Assembly: GCA_003427395.1 (NCBI GenBank)
Contig: BFEA01000019.1
Location: 3,340,865 to 3,404,864 of the forward strand
Direction: 5' to 3'
From: Chara braunii
Lineage: Eukaryota; Plantae; Charophyceae
Length of the DNA stretch: 64,000 nt
The notes under the pieces were generated by a model, which ran no database searches, was not told the origin of the DNA, and saw nothing but the letters and a program-made list of their open reading frames with translations. Position numbers and translations under genes: made by a program. How positions within the stretch are numbered: the first letter of the stretch is position 1; each line of letters starts with the position of its first letter. Shown piece after piece: positions 35,279-48,928 of this stretch.

Positions 35279-35778
35279 GTGTGACAGGACCGCTGAGATG
35301 GTTGTCTGTCAGGATCAAGATGAAGGGATGAGGATGGGGGAGATGGAGATGGAGCTGGAAGGGACAGCGCAATTCCAACGCAGACTCAAAACGCACATAC
35401 TCCAAACTGTGCAAATGAAGAATGGGCCTGAAAACAGAGTGCAGTTGGTGTATACCCCCAGCGGACTAACTGCACTAGCTTGGTACTTGTAGTGGGCATG
35501 ACTGGATTGCACTGAATGAGCACACGGTCTGTGGTGTTAGGCCACGGTCTGGTTCTACAGGCCGAACATGCAAAATAGCTAGATCGCCTTGGCTCTAGGC
35601 CAGATCATCTAGAGGCACAGTGCAGCCTAGGTATTTCTTAATTTAATATTTTATTTTAAATTTAGTAAATTCTTTTGATGTGACCTTGTGACAAAAGTTG
35701 ATCCGTTTATTTTTTTGCATAACATAGTTTTTTTTTTTGTTTTTTTTTAGGGGGGGCCGGGGCGAAGGGGGAGGGACC

Positions 35779-36535
35779 TTCCTTAGTCCTTGCACGGTCG
35801 TGCTGCTCAGGAAACAAGGTGACCAGGGCGGCCCGACTGGTAGCCTAGAAAAAACATATATGGATCAATCAGTGGATCAATCAATTGATCAATCAAATAA
35901 ATAAATAATATTAAAAAAACTTGTTGAACACGCAGGTGTATGTGTGTTCGCATGTTTGTGTGAGTGTGTGTACGTATGTGAATGTGCGTGTGTATGTGTG
36001 TGTGTGTGTATGTATCTGTGTGCGTGCGCGGGGCCCACCAATCAATCAATCAATCAATCAATCGATCAATAAGTCAAATATATAAAAAAGTTAAAAAATA
36101 AAAAACAGTGTATCGAACGTGCACGGGTGAGTGTGTGTGGGGGGGGGGGTGAGGGGAGGGGCAGACCGCCCTACAACCAATCAATCATCTACTTTGATTT
36201 ATTGATTCATAATGTTAAATAGTCTAAAAAAAAAATAAAAAAAAATTGAAAAGCAAAAAAAAAGGGACATTTTTCTGTTCATTCGACTCCTCAATTTTTA
36301 ACGATATATATACATTTTGTTTTCCTGAATGAAATGATATAAAAATTGGAAGGTAGGATCTTTACTCGATGGACTATCAGTGAAAAAACAAGATTAAAAT
36401 ATTATTTAGGCCTCCAAACAGGGTTACGAACCCCAGCGGGAATGGACCCCGAATGGTGGCTCGAACGCCTAAACGTTTGGGGGTTGGCCCGGAGGCCTTT
36501 GAACGTTTCCTCTGGTAACCCTATGTACATATATA

Positions 36536-36567
<32 letters not shown>

Positions 36568-39500
36568 CAGGGTTGTCAGGCCAAACATACGGAGGCCCCT
36601 AAGCTGACCCCCGAACGTTCGGGCGTTCGGGTCCTCGTACGGGGCCCGAACCTGAAGGGGTTCAAACCTCACAAACCAATATTTTGACACCTAAATATAT
36701 ATATATACAGGGTCACCAGCCCGTACGTACGGAGATCCCCGGGCAGACCTCCGTACGTACGGGTGTTCGGGGTCCCGTACGGAGTCCGAACCCGACAGCG
36801 TTCGGCCCCCGCCAAAAATTATTTCGGGTCATAAAAATAATTATTGTTTTCTGAATGTTTTTTTATGCGTTTTCTATAACGTGAGGTACATGCTTGCAAA
36901 TTTTCAAGTTATTTTGCCAAGCCAAATAAGAATTAAAAATCGCCAAAGATGGCGGTGTCAAAACGTGCTCGCCCACGTATTTCTTCAGTTCTTACTTTTT
37001 GTTTTCACTTTAGTTCGGGGTCTAAATACTTTTATTACTTTTTGAAACTTTTTTAGTGGGTTTTGTATTATGTGAAGTACACATCTGTAAATTCTCAGGG
37101 CATTTAGCTATGCCAAAAAAAAATGAAAAATCGTCAAAGATGGCGGAGTCGAAAACATGCTCGCGCACTCACTAAATTTAATTCTCTTTTTATTTTTATT
37201 TATTTTTATTATTAGTATTTATTTTCCGGATTTCATTTTTAATTCAAATTTGGTAAGGAATTAGGATGTAATGCTCAGGCAAATCTTGTTTAATTTAATT
37301 TTCTCCATAACATATCTTTTTTTTCAGATTTTTTTGATGAACTTTATTTTATTTTTTATTTTTTTTTTGGGTCCGCGTCCGGCCGAACGGCCGAACGCAT
37401 CCCCAAGGGGTCCCATACGTTCGGGCGTTCGGTTTCAGGCGTTCGGCCCATCTTGAACGCTGGTTACCCTGTATATATATATATATATTTTTTATTTTTT
37501 TTTTGGGTCCGCGTCCGGCCGAACGGCCGAACGCATCCCCAAGGGGTCCCATACGTTCGGGCGTTCGGTTTCAGGCGTTCGGCCCATCTTGAACGCTGGT
37601 TACCCTGTATATATATATATATATTTTTTATTTTTTTTTTGCGAGTTCTTTGTGATGTAAGGTACGCCCCTTTTAATTTGGAAGCTATTCTGTTTAGCCA
37701 AAAAAATTGAAAAATCGGCGGGGATGGTGGTGTCAAAACTTGCTTGCCCACTCACTTAGTTGTTTTTTTTTTTTTTTCACTTTTTGTTTTTCCTTTATTT
37801 CGGGGCATGAAAAAAATTATGATTTTTTTAAACTTTACTTGCAGATTCTCAATAACGGAAGATACACATACATAAAATTTCAAGGCATTTTACACAGTAA
37901 AACAAAAATGAAAAATCGCCAAAGATGGTGGTGTAAAAAACGTGCTTTCCCACACAATAATTTCATTCTCGTTTTTTTTTTTTTTTTTTTTTTTNTTATT
38001 ATTTAGTTTAGTACTTGATTTTTATTTCAAATTTGGTAACGAATTTGGATGTAACGTTAAGGCAAATGTTGTTTAGTTTATTCTTCTACAGAACATATAT
38101 TTGTTTTAGACTTTTTGGATTTTTTTTTTTTGTTTGTTTTTTTGTTTTTGGTCCACGTTCGGCCGAACAACCGAACGCGTCAAGAGGGGGTGCCAAATGT
38201 TTGGGCATTCGGGTTCGGACGTTCGGCCTATCCCGAACACCGGTTATATATATATCCGGCGTTAAGGACGGGCCGACTGCCCGAACGTATGGGACCCCTT
38301 GGGGATGCGTTCGGCGGTTCGGGCCGAACCCAGACCCAAAAAAAAAAACAAAAAACAAAAAACAAAACCATCAAACAAATCTGAAAAAAAGATATGTTAT
38401 GGATAAAAATAAATTAAACAAGATTTGCCTTAGCATTACATCCGAATTCCTTACCAAATTTGAAATAAAAATAAAATACGGAAAATAAATACTAATAATA
38501 AAAATAAATAAAAATAAAAAAGAGAATTAAATTTAGTGAGTGCTCGAGCACGTTTTCGACCCCGCCATCTTGGGCGATTTTCCATTTTTTTTTGGCATAG
38601 CAAAATGCCCTTAAAATTTACAAATGTGTAGTTCACATAATACAAAACCCACTAAAAAAGTTTCAAAAAATAATAAAATTGTTTAGAACCCGAACTAAAG
38701 TGAAAACAAAAAGTAAAAAATGAAAAAATATGTGGGCGAGCACGTTTTGACACCGCCATCTTTGGCGATTTTTAATTCTTATTTGGCTTAGCCAAATGAC
38801 TTGAAAATTTACAGGCATGGACCTCACGTTATAGAACTAAAAAAAAAAACTTCAGAAAAAAATAATTATTTTTAGGCCCCGAAATAAGTTTTGGCGGGGG
38901 CCGAACGTCGTCGGGTTTGGACCCCGACCGTACGTACGTAGGTCTGCCTAGGGACCTCCGTACGTACGGGCTAGTGACCCTGTATATATATATAGAGAGA
39001 GAGAGGGTAACCAGCGTTCGGGACGGGCCGAGCGTCCGAACCCAAACGCCCAAACGTATGGGACCCCTTGGGGATGCGTTCGGCCGTTCGGGCTGAACGC
39101 GGACAATAAAAAAAAAATAAATAAAAAAAAAAAATCTGGAACAAAGATATGTTATGGAGAAAAATAAATTAAACAAGATTTGCCCGACCTTACATCCGAA
39201 TTCCTTACCAAATTTGAAATAAAAATAAAATACGAAAAATAAATACTCGTAATAAAAATAAATAAAAATAAAAAGAGAACTAAATTTAGTGAGTGAGCGA
39301 GCGTGTTTTCGACATCGGCATCTTTGGTGATTTTTGATTTCTTTTTGGCATTGACAAATGCCCTAAAAATTTACAGATATGTAGCTTACATAATCAATAA
39401 CTCATTAAAACATTTTCAAAAAATAATAAAATTTTTTAGGCCCCGAAATAAAGTGAAAACAAAAAGTTAAAAGTGAAAGAAAACAAAATAGTGAGTGGGC

Positions 39501-39782
39501 GAGCACATTTTGACACCCCCATCTTTGACGATTTTTAACGTTTTTTTGGCTTAGCGAAATGACTTCAAAATTTATAGGCGTGTAGTTTACATCATAGAAA
39601 ACTCAAAACAAAAAAATCAAAAAAAAAACTTATTTTTAAGCCCCAAAAGTTTTTTTGGCGGGGGCGGAACCTGGAGGTGTTCGGCCCCCGAACGGGACCC
39701 CGAACACCCGAACGTTCGGGGGCCAGCCCGGGCGCCCCCGAACGTTCGGTCAGGTAACCCTGTATATATATATATGTATATA

Positions 39783-39828
<46 letters not shown>

Positions 39829-40611
39829 CATATATATATATATGTATATATATATATGTATATATATATATATAGGGTCACCAGCCCGTACGTACGGAGG
39901 TCCTCGGGCAGACCTCCGTACGTACGGGCGTTCGGGGTCCGTACGGGGTCCGAACCCGACAGCAAACGGGCCCCGCCAAAAATGATTTCGGGGCCTAAAA
40001 GTAATCATGTTTTGCTGAATGTTTTTTTGTGAGTTCTCTATGACGTGAGGTACATGCCTGCAAATTTTCAAGTCATTTGGCGAAGCCAAATAAGAATAAA
40101 AAATCACCAAAGATGGCGGTGTCAAAACGTGCTCGCCCACGTATTGTTTCACTTTTTACTTTTTGTTTTCACTTTAGTTCGGGGTCTAAACAATTTTATT
40201 ATTGTTTGAAACTTTTTTAGTGGGTTTTGTATTATGTGAAGTACACATCGGTAAGGGCATTTAACGATGCGAAAACAAAATGAAAAATCACCAAAGATGG
40301 CGGTGTCGAAAACATGCTCGCGCATTCACTAAATTTAATTCTCTTTTTATTTTTATTATTAGTATTTGTTTTCCGTATTTTATTTTTACTTCAAATTTGG
40401 TAAGGAATTCGGATGTAATGTTCGGGCAAATCTTGTTTAATTTATTTTTCTCGATAAAATTGTTTTGATTTTTTATTTTTTTTTATTTTTTTTATTTTTT
40501 TTTTAATCCGCTTTCGGCCCGAACGGCCGAACGCATCCCCAAGGGGTCCCATACGTTCGGGCGTTCGGGTTCGGGCGTTCGGCCTGTCCCGAACGCCGGT
40601 TACCTTGTATA

Positions 40612-40645
<34 letters not shown>

Positions 40646-41960
40646 NNNNNNNNNNNNNNNNNNNNNNNNNNNNNNNNNNNNNNNNNNNNNNNNNNNNNNN
40701 NNNNNNNNNNNNNNNNNNNNNNNNNNNNNNNNNNNNNNNNNNNNNNNNNNNNNNNNNNNNNNNNNNNNNNNNNNNNNNNNNNNNNNNNNNNNNNNNNNNN
40801 NNNNNNNNNNNNNNNNNNNNNNNNNNNNNNNNNNNNNNNNNNNNNNNNNNNNNNNNNNNNNNNNNNNNNNNNNNNNNNNNNNNNNNNNNNNNNNNNNNNN
40901 NNNNNNNNNNNNNNNNNNNNNNNNNNNNNNNNNNNNNNNNNNNNNNNNNNNNNNNNNNNNNNNNNNNNNNNNNNNNNNNNNNNNNNNNNNNNNNNNNNNN
41001 NNNNNNNNNNNNNNNNNNNNNNNNNNNNNNNNNNNNNNNNNNNNNNNNNNNNNNNNNNNNNNNNNNNNNNNNNNNNNNNNNNNNNCAAAAAATAATTAAA
41101 AATCGGCAAAGATGGCGGTGTCGAAAAGGTGCTGGCACACTCACTCATTTTAATTCTCTTTTTATTTTTTCTTATTTTTATGAAGTTTTATCATATTGTT
41201 TATTTTCTGTATTTGATTTTTAATTCAAATTAGGTAAAGAATTTGGATGTAGTGCCCAGACAAATGTTGTTTAGCTTATTTGTCTCCATAACGTTGTTTT
41301 TTTACGGAAGTTTTTGAAAACGTTTTTTTTTTTGTTTTTTTTTTTTTTTTTTTTTTCCGCGTTCGGCCCGAACGATCGAACGCCTTCCGAAGGGGTCCCG
41401 TACGTTCGGGCGTTCGGCCCGTCCCAAACACCGGTAACCCTGTATATATATATATATCGTCACAAACATATATATAGACAAACAAACAGTCTCATACAAA
41501 TAAACATTTATACTAACACATGTAATATACAAAGTTACAAACGTGTGTTAATACACGCATGCACTCCTTATCCAAATATACATATGTAGATATGAGGGGA
41601 AGAGAGAGGGGGGAAAAAAAAGTAGGAAATGAAACAGTTAAGACTAGGGGGTAGGATAATATATTGTTTATCAAATGATAGATTGACTTTATATTATCTC
41701 CTTCATTAAATATCAACCCACACCATGCATTAACCTTTTTATCTTTCTCATAAAATATCAACCCACACCTATTTATAACCACCTCTCTTTACAAAATGAA
41801 CCTATATCTATCAATTAACCTTTCTTTTTCTCTTTTCTCTTTTTCACCGCAACCTCAATAAAATAATAACATGAATTACTGCTTTACCTAGGCTACAATA
41901 CGGGCCGCCCGGGTCACCTTTTTTTCCCGCATCGCCCGACCGTGTAAGGACCAGGGAAGC
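35779..41960. mobile_element. Element bounded by ~70-bp imperfect inverted repeats, enclosing the MITE array
   Basis: TTCCTTAGTCCTTGCACGGTCG..AAGGTGACCAGGGCGGCCCG..GTAGCCTAG (35779-35848) matches the reverse complement of 41889-41959. No TSD identified. Confidence 0.5.
36419..41442. mobile_element. Array of ~750-bp MITE copies separated by (TA)n tracts
   Basis: TIR CAGGGT(C/T/A)ACC..GGT(T/A/G)ACCCTG. Copies at 36708-37471 (+), ~37640-38245 (+, partial), ~38257-38982 (-), 39004-39762 (-), 39873-40607 (+) and ~41086-41442 (+, after gap). Subterminal CCGAAC/GTTCGG motifs. Confidence 0.88.
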
Positions 41961-43284
41961 TTCTAGTAAAAAAAAAGAAAAAAATCAAAACAATCCGAAA
42001 AACAAACTATGTTATGAAAAAAAATAAATTGAACAACATTTGCCTCAGAGTCACATCGAGATTTTTTACCAAATTTAAAATAAAAAATAAAGTAAAAAAA
42101 AATATATCTATTTTTTAATTTTTTATTTCTTTACTTTTTTTTTGCCTGGCCGAGCAAGTGGCCCCAGACCACTCTGGTAGCCTAGATTTTTACTTATTTT
42201 TCATTCTCTATAAAAAAAAAAATAGGTTCATTCTCTACATAGTTATATATTACATAATCATATATAACCTTAAGGTATGTTTTTTTGTTTCCATTGTCGT
42301 TCATGTCTCCAAATATGTACAGATGGTACAGATAGAGATTGCATGGATTCCAGAATGAAAAAAACAAAATGCGAACAAATTGTAATTTTCAATAAAATCA
42401 CACGGTATACATAGAGTAGTGTACAAGTACAAAATCACGTTCATCGCCGGTGGGTAAGGCACCCCGACCGGTTTCGACCGCCGCCACGCGGTCTCCTTAG
42501 GGGGAATCCACCCAACTTCACCCGTATGCATATCCTGCCTGCCACAGTCCCGCTTCCGCCACGTCTACTCCGACCATCTCCGGAGATGGTGGAGTTCGTC
42601 AACGTCAGACGCAAAAAAAAACATTGACTACGCTGTTCTTGTACTTATCCTCGTCCCGTCGTAGCCTAGTGTCGTATGCTGTCGTAGCGTTGCCCCGGTA
42701 CCTGAAAGACATTAAAAAACACAAAAAATGAAAAAACTCAATCAGGCCACCTGTTCTAAGCCTGTGGTACCCAATCACACTCACTAATCCTACTCCGAAA
42801 GCCAAACTGCCCGTTCAGGTCGCCTGTTCGAGACTTGATACTAAGTCGCCTCCCGAAATCGAACTATCGGTTCCGGTTGACTGTTTGAAACCATACCTTA
42901 GCCTCTGCTAAAAATGCTACCGGTTCAGGTCATCGGTTCGATCCTTGATACCGAAATTTTTACCGACAGAACTCTACGAGACATCCCTGTCCCTACATAC
43001 ATCCCATAGCTCTCTCAGGTTCAGTATGGAGTGCCCCACAAATATTCCCTATCCCTGACTGCATGTCCTACACGCCAGTGAAATCATCATCACTCCATCA
43101 GGCTAGCATTGTTGTAATAAAGGATGACAAACCACACCACGCCAAACCACACAAAACGACCTTGATCTACAACTAATTATACAAGTTAACTAACTGACCA
43201 TACTTCTTATTCCTCGCCGCAAATCCTTTGTTGCGTAACTCCATTAGGCTAACATTGTTGTAATCAAGGGTGACAAACCACACC

Positions 43285-43410
43285 CTGTCTCTTATACACA
43301 TCTAGATGTGTATAAGAGACAGGGTTAAGACCACACCACACCAAACCACACCAAACAACCTTGATATACAACTAATTATACAAGCACATCTAGATGTGTA
43401 TAAGAGACAG
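43285..43410. other. Nextera mate-pair junction adapter (Tn5 mosaic ends): assembly artefact
   Basis: Exact CTGTCTCTTATACACATCT-AGATGTGTATAAGAGACAG at 43285-43322 and a second partial copy at 43385-43410, amid locally duplicated sequence. Confidence 0.97.
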
Positions 43411-43599
43411 CTATTATACAGTCTACAACTCTCACACCACACCACACCACACCACACCACACCACACCAAACCACACCACACCAAACCACACCAAACAAC
43501 CTTGATATACAACTAATTATACAAGTTAACTAACTGACCACACTTCTCATTCCTCGCCGTAAATCCACTGCCGCGTAACTTCCCAAATCTTCCCTCTCC

Positions 43600-45700
43600 C
43601 TCTGCTGAATCTTTCCAACGTCTTGTTGACAAATTTGTTTGGGAAATCCTTCATCTTCAGTTATTGGCTGAGAGTGAACAGTCTCTATGGGATCTCAGTT
43701 CGGATCGAAGTGTTCGCATCGATCCTGTGTAGGTGACTCGCAATCACCTCACTCTTTTGTTGTTTCGCCCCCCAAGACAGATAACTTTGTCCGTTCTTGA
43801 ACTCGAGATCCCTCTGCTCCCATACAACTTTTTCGTTCTTGGACATTTGGATGCAACCCAAGTACGGGTAGCTGTTCTGCGACTTCATTTCCAAACCCAG
43901 GAACTCCCACTTGCCTGATCCGTCGTCGGTATGCTTCAGCTTCAGGTTTGCGGGGTAGCAGCTCTCAAAAGCTTGAATGAGATCGTCCACACCCGCACCC
44001 TTCTTCCTCCTTTCAATGATGATGCTGACGTCGTCCATCAGCCTTAATCCGTGCACTTGGTTCCTCCTCCTACCCAAAGAGTTCAAAAATTTATATTCTG
44101 AATATGCGCACATGATACAGGCTAACGGTGGACTAGTGCTTTTTCCCATCGGAATACCGATGGTCTGTCTCAGCAGTACCCCCGTAGCACTGACATATGT
44201 GTGTTTCAGATCCACCTCCACGAAACTTCGGATATCCTCCAACCTTAACTCCCGCCAGTGGTCCATTCCCGTAGTCTTGCCAAATGAGCATCCCCTTCCT
44301 CTTGTGTTCACTCGTATTGAATGTCTCCCTTTCCCAACATAGTAGTCTATAATCAAATCAACAGACGCCATGATGTCGTTGTGCGGCAACTTGCTGAACA
44401 TGTCCTTAATATTGTAGGACATGACTGCAAGGTGTACCTCCCTACTCACCCTCCGATCGATACCTCCATTGATCTTCTCGATCGTGGTTGCGACTTCGCT
44501 AACCGTTCGGATGTTAAAGTGTCACGTCCTCGGTAGACCGAAAAACATGTGGTTCAATGCTTTCGCGACACTTTTTCCAGTCTTCGTAGTCGGATCCGAG
44601 TAAGATGGGCAGATTGGTCTGTACGATCCATGTCCTTGTGTTTCGGCTGCACGTAGGCTGCTCTGAATGATCCCTTATTATCGACCTTGGCAAACTTCGT
44701 AATACCTTTGTCCTTGAATGTTGTCTGAAGGTCCTGCTTCACGTTCACTTCCTTGCTTGTGATAACTTCGTAACCAGGGTTGGTGACAAATGCCTCCATC
44801 ATGGCTTCAGAGTACAATACGGACACATCACCAGTGTCTCTCCGGGATTCCGGTCCATCGGCATCCGAACCAAACCTTCTAACCTGCCCCGTAACTCCTT
44901 CACGTCCATGATGTCCAGACACTTGCTGTTCACGATCTCGTTGCCCACTATACATCTCCTGACTTCCTTCTGTGATACCACCACTTCGTTCGCGTTGCGA
45001 TTCTTCCATGTGTTGAAAGAGTCTTCAATCTCCCTACATAGTAGCTTTAGGCGGTCCGGATGCTGTGCTCTGGGAATGTTCCCTGCGTTCAACAGCATAG
45101 GATGCTTGCCAGCCAATTCGTGCAGGCGAAATCGTATGTGCTCCCCAGTCCTCGGATAAGGGAGACCTGCACATGTGCAGGTTGACACAACCACCCTCGC
45201 ATAGTTGCGTTGGTTGTGTATAAGGTCAACGACAGTGGGGTTCTTGACCCAGACTGTCCTGATCTTACTTCTCGCACATTTAGCCATACACGTCGGAAAG
45301 TCGAGACTCTCGATCTTGTCGTTAACAACCTTCCCTACCTCTGCTAAGCTCACTCGGTCGTCGAACTTGACGCGAACGATTAAATCCGCTCCCATCTCCC
45401 AACCATACTTTTCCTTGATCACGCGTGATATGATCCTCCTCAGGTAAGATCCTGTTGACTTCCTCTGAAAGTCTTTAGCCAACTTGTACAGTCTGAACCT
45501 TTCTTCTTCCTCCAGATCTCTAATCGCTTCCATCCTCCTCGGGTTGCGCAGCAGCTTCGTGAGCAGTATCTTGTTCGGTCCAATCCTTGGGCCCCATTTA
45601 CGTAGATGTTTGACTTATAATTCTTCGCCTTTCTCGATTGCGCTTTTGCATTTTGCGAGCGTTGTAGATACTCCATAGACCACAACTGCCGATCTGCCGA
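43600..45700 (-). pseudogene. Penelope-like reverse transcriptase (frameshifted; limits approximate)
   Basis: SYNIKDMFSKLPH, LLRQTIGIPMGKSTSPPLA, RLMDDV and WEFLGLEM; upstream CTC..GEH, PMDRNPGE and YVQPKHKD motifs are typical of PLE RT N-termini. Confidence 0.85.
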
Positions 45701-45949
45701 AAGCGCTCTTCACCTTCTTCCAGCTGTCGGCCCAACAGTTCCCTTCTGTCCATTGTAACGAAAAGCTTCGAGTGCCCTTCCTTTCCTGATTGTTCAATTC
45801 GTTAAGGATGCCCGCACGCCAACCGTCCGACTGCTTAGTCCGAATGCGTACGATCTGGACCGCCGCCCCATCGTAGCACTCGACTTGCTTACTCCCCTTT
45901 GTTCTTTCGTTCTTCCCTTTCCGTACGTTATTCTTTTTTTCCGGACTTC

Positions 45950-46300
45950 CTCAACCTCCCACTGGTGTTCAGAATGAGCGACCACTTCTTAATGTACACT
46001 TGTTCCAAGTGGACCAGCTCATGCTTCTCGCCTTCGTCGACGGGCAACATCACATAGGATTCAAATCAAAAGATGCGCCACCACCTGTACAGGTGAGTAT
46101 TTTTCGCCTTCCCTTTGCATGCTGAGAGATGCTCCCTCCATCTGGTGTTAGCATCTCTTCCCGTTTGCCCTATATACTGGGTTTTACATCTCGGAGAAGC
46201 TAAGACATATACACCTGTGTGCTTCTTGACGAAGTCGATGTCGTGTCTCTTGAACAAGTTTCCCCAAGCCGTGGTATACTTCCTCAACCAATTGATTCAT
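45950..46300 (-). pseudogene. GIY-YIG endonuclease domain
   Basis: TGVYVLASPRCKTQYIGQTGRDANTRWREHL fits GIY-x10-YIGxT..R..EH. Confidence 0.88.
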
Positions 46301-46419
46301 CCTTCTAAGCTAAGTAGAATGACCGTAGTACGATACAAAGTCTCCAAATCGCTGACAAATCTCTTTTGCTGCTTCCGTTGGTGTATGATCCAACTGCACA
46401 ACGCCCATAGCACCGGGCC

Positions 46420-47730
46420 TTCTGAAGGTAGTCAGCTTGTTGGTTCCTCTTCGTTGGACACTTCCTCGTCAGTTTCTTGTACAATACAGATGCGGCTGTA
46501 ACTTCAGTTTTTTCTTTAACTTCGGATCCCTCTGGTGCTCCATAAGCTTCGACTGCTCACTTTTCTGCAATGTTGATCGCCGCTATAACTTTATTGTCGT
46601 ATTCGACTTCCTCCCGCTTACACAGTCGCTTCAGGTCGTTCGCGTTGCATTCCGCTAACTCGCGCACGTTGTCAGCAACGTATTTTGCGCGTCCAGGTGG
46701 TTCCGATCTTTGCTGGAATCTTCACTTTTGGCGTGCCTCTCTTGGGTGTGTACCTTATCGGTGTCGTCTGTTTCCGGTCGTCATCTTGCTTCCCATGACC
46801 CTTTGCACCCTTGGTCGTAGTTACTTGCAGCTTCGCAACTAGCTTTACTAGTCATCTTGCACCCTTATCGGTATCTTCCTTGGTGTACGCTTTGTGGGAG
46901 TAGTCATCGGAGGACTGTTGTCAATTCTTCGATCTGGGCTTCTCTTCCGTTTCTCTGACAGCTTGAGACGTCCCGTCTTCGCGCTGATCTCCTCGATTTC
47001 GCTGCCTCCCCACCCACTCGAATAGGATGTTTCCAATCCCGTAGGTGAGGCCACTGGTTGCTTGCCCTTAATCGCGGTCTTCAATTCCGCTATTCTTCAA
47101 TGGAGATCCTCTTGCATTTCCTCACGCATTCCTCCTATGCACATGGCCATCTGGATGCGTAATGACTTCGTAAATTCCAAGCGCTCCTCAACTTCTTGCT
47201 TCTTCTTTTCGCGTTTACGTGCTGCTCGTTCCTCCCTTGCTTTCCTGTCTTCCTCTTCTCGTCTCCTCTCTTTTTCCTCCCTCCTCATCTGTTCCTCCTC
47301 CCTCCTCGCGTTCTCTTCCCTCTCCTGTTTCCTCCTTGCCTTCTCCTCTTTCTTTTTGTTTTCCTGCTCGATAAATTCCCTGAAAGTTGCGACCGTTTGT
47401 CCCAACGTTTCGATTTGCTTCTTCGTCGCCTCGTCCACGGGGGCGGTGAAACCTCGTCCACCCGATGTACTAGAGCCGCCTCTCTTCCAACACTGATTTC
47501 TGTAATATCCTGGTTCCCCACATTCGAAACAAGTCGGCGGCCCACGTCGGCTATACTCGTTCGGCCCGCTCGCCCGTTCACTCCTATCCTTTCAATAGTA
47601 GTCATCACGGCTTCTACCTCGGTGTCGATGTTTTGGGTCTTTGCGCCTTCCGTCTCGACCTCTATAAGTCATGTCTCTGCCAAGATCGCGATGCTCGTCC
47701 CCATGACGCCTATCCGCCATCCTCGCTAAT
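46420..47730 (-). pseudogene. N-terminal accessory region of the Penelope-like element: zinc knuckle, coiled coil, SAP-like helix pair
   Basis: CFECGEPGYYRNQC at ~47490-47532 (CCHC knuckle with H>Y), E/R/K coiled coil at 47097-47438, and ELAECNANDLKRLCKREEVEY..K at ~46590-46665; several stops. Confidence 0.6.
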
Positions 47731-48837
47731 TCGCCTCCCTTGTTAAGATAAGTCCACGAAAATGTCGATACCTCCTGATATTCGTGACTCAAGTTTGATA
47801 GGTAACAGTGAGTCTTACATGCTCACACACGCCCAATGATCGTCTCCAGGCAGGTTCACATGCACCTTCTGCTAGTACAGATAGAGATTGCATGGATTAT
47901 AGAATGAAAAGAACGAAATGCGAACAAATTGTAATTTTCAATGAAATCACACGGTACACAAGTACAAAATCACATTCGTCTCCAAATGGGAACAAACCCT
48001 GACACTATTTTTTATATTTATTTTTTAAGCAAGGAGCAAAATGAAGCCCTCAAACATTACCTCACCCTTTTCCTCATTTATTTCTCGCTCGCCCCTTATA
48101 CCTCTATGACTAACTTCGTAGGCTTACATATGAACCAAAAGTATAAAGATAAAATGTACATTATCGGTTTCAATCGACTCTCAAGATAAAACATACAAAT
48201 ATGTTCCTCGTTGGATACTGCAAATCAATAAGCTATTGACAACAACAAATTCTCAATGTTAAAAGAGTCACATACACACATGTATGAACTTAGGGTTACT
48301 GACGTTTGAGTTTGGCCGACAATGCCAACACAAACGACTAAACACCCGGCCCGGCTCCGCCCGACATGGAATTTAGCCGAATGCCGATGTGTTTTGTGTT
48401 TTTTTTTTTGAAGTTCTTGCAATTTTTATTTTCAGTTTATGGCAGGGGGGTCCCCTCCCTACTTTTCAATATACGGCAAGGGGGCCAAATTGTCTGCTGA
48501 CCCCTCAAATATGAGTGTGTATGTGGGTCTGTGTGTGTATAAGTATGTGTGACGTGCTTCTGGTTGCCCGTCTGTGTGCCCCCTCCCATACGTGCATGTT
48601 GGTGGTTGCGTGTGTATGTGTCTCTTGTCATGTTTGTTATATATACCTTCAAAAAAAAAAAAACATAATTGTGCTATAATGTTAAGTTAGACTTTCACTG
48701 ACTCAATAGGAGGTTGAACCCCAACAATCTTTCCAATATGCATTTACTTGATAAATAAGGAATCATCATGTAGCTTAGTGTGTGTATGTGTGTGAGTTGC
48801 TGTGTATGTAGGGGCGGAAGGGGGGGCTGATGTAGTG

Positions 48838-48885
48838 TTGATTGACTGATTGCTTGATTGATTGCTTGATTGATTGCTTGATTGC

Positions 48886-48928
<43 letters not shown>

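Larger units (their letters stand above)
42315..47977 (-). mobile_element. Penelope-like retroelement with N-terminal GIY-YIG endonuclease (Chlamys-type domain order), decayed
   Basis: ~105-bp direct repeats at 42326-42442 and 47875-47977; flanking GTCTCCAAAT at 42305-42314 and 47978-47987; zinc-knuckle ORF, GIY-YIG and PLE-type RT in series on the minus strand. Confidence 0.85.

Noticed and set aside
43285-43322. Tn5/IS50 transposon ends or horizontal transfer
   Set aside because: The sequence is the synthetic mosaic-end palindrome of the Nextera mate-pair adapter.
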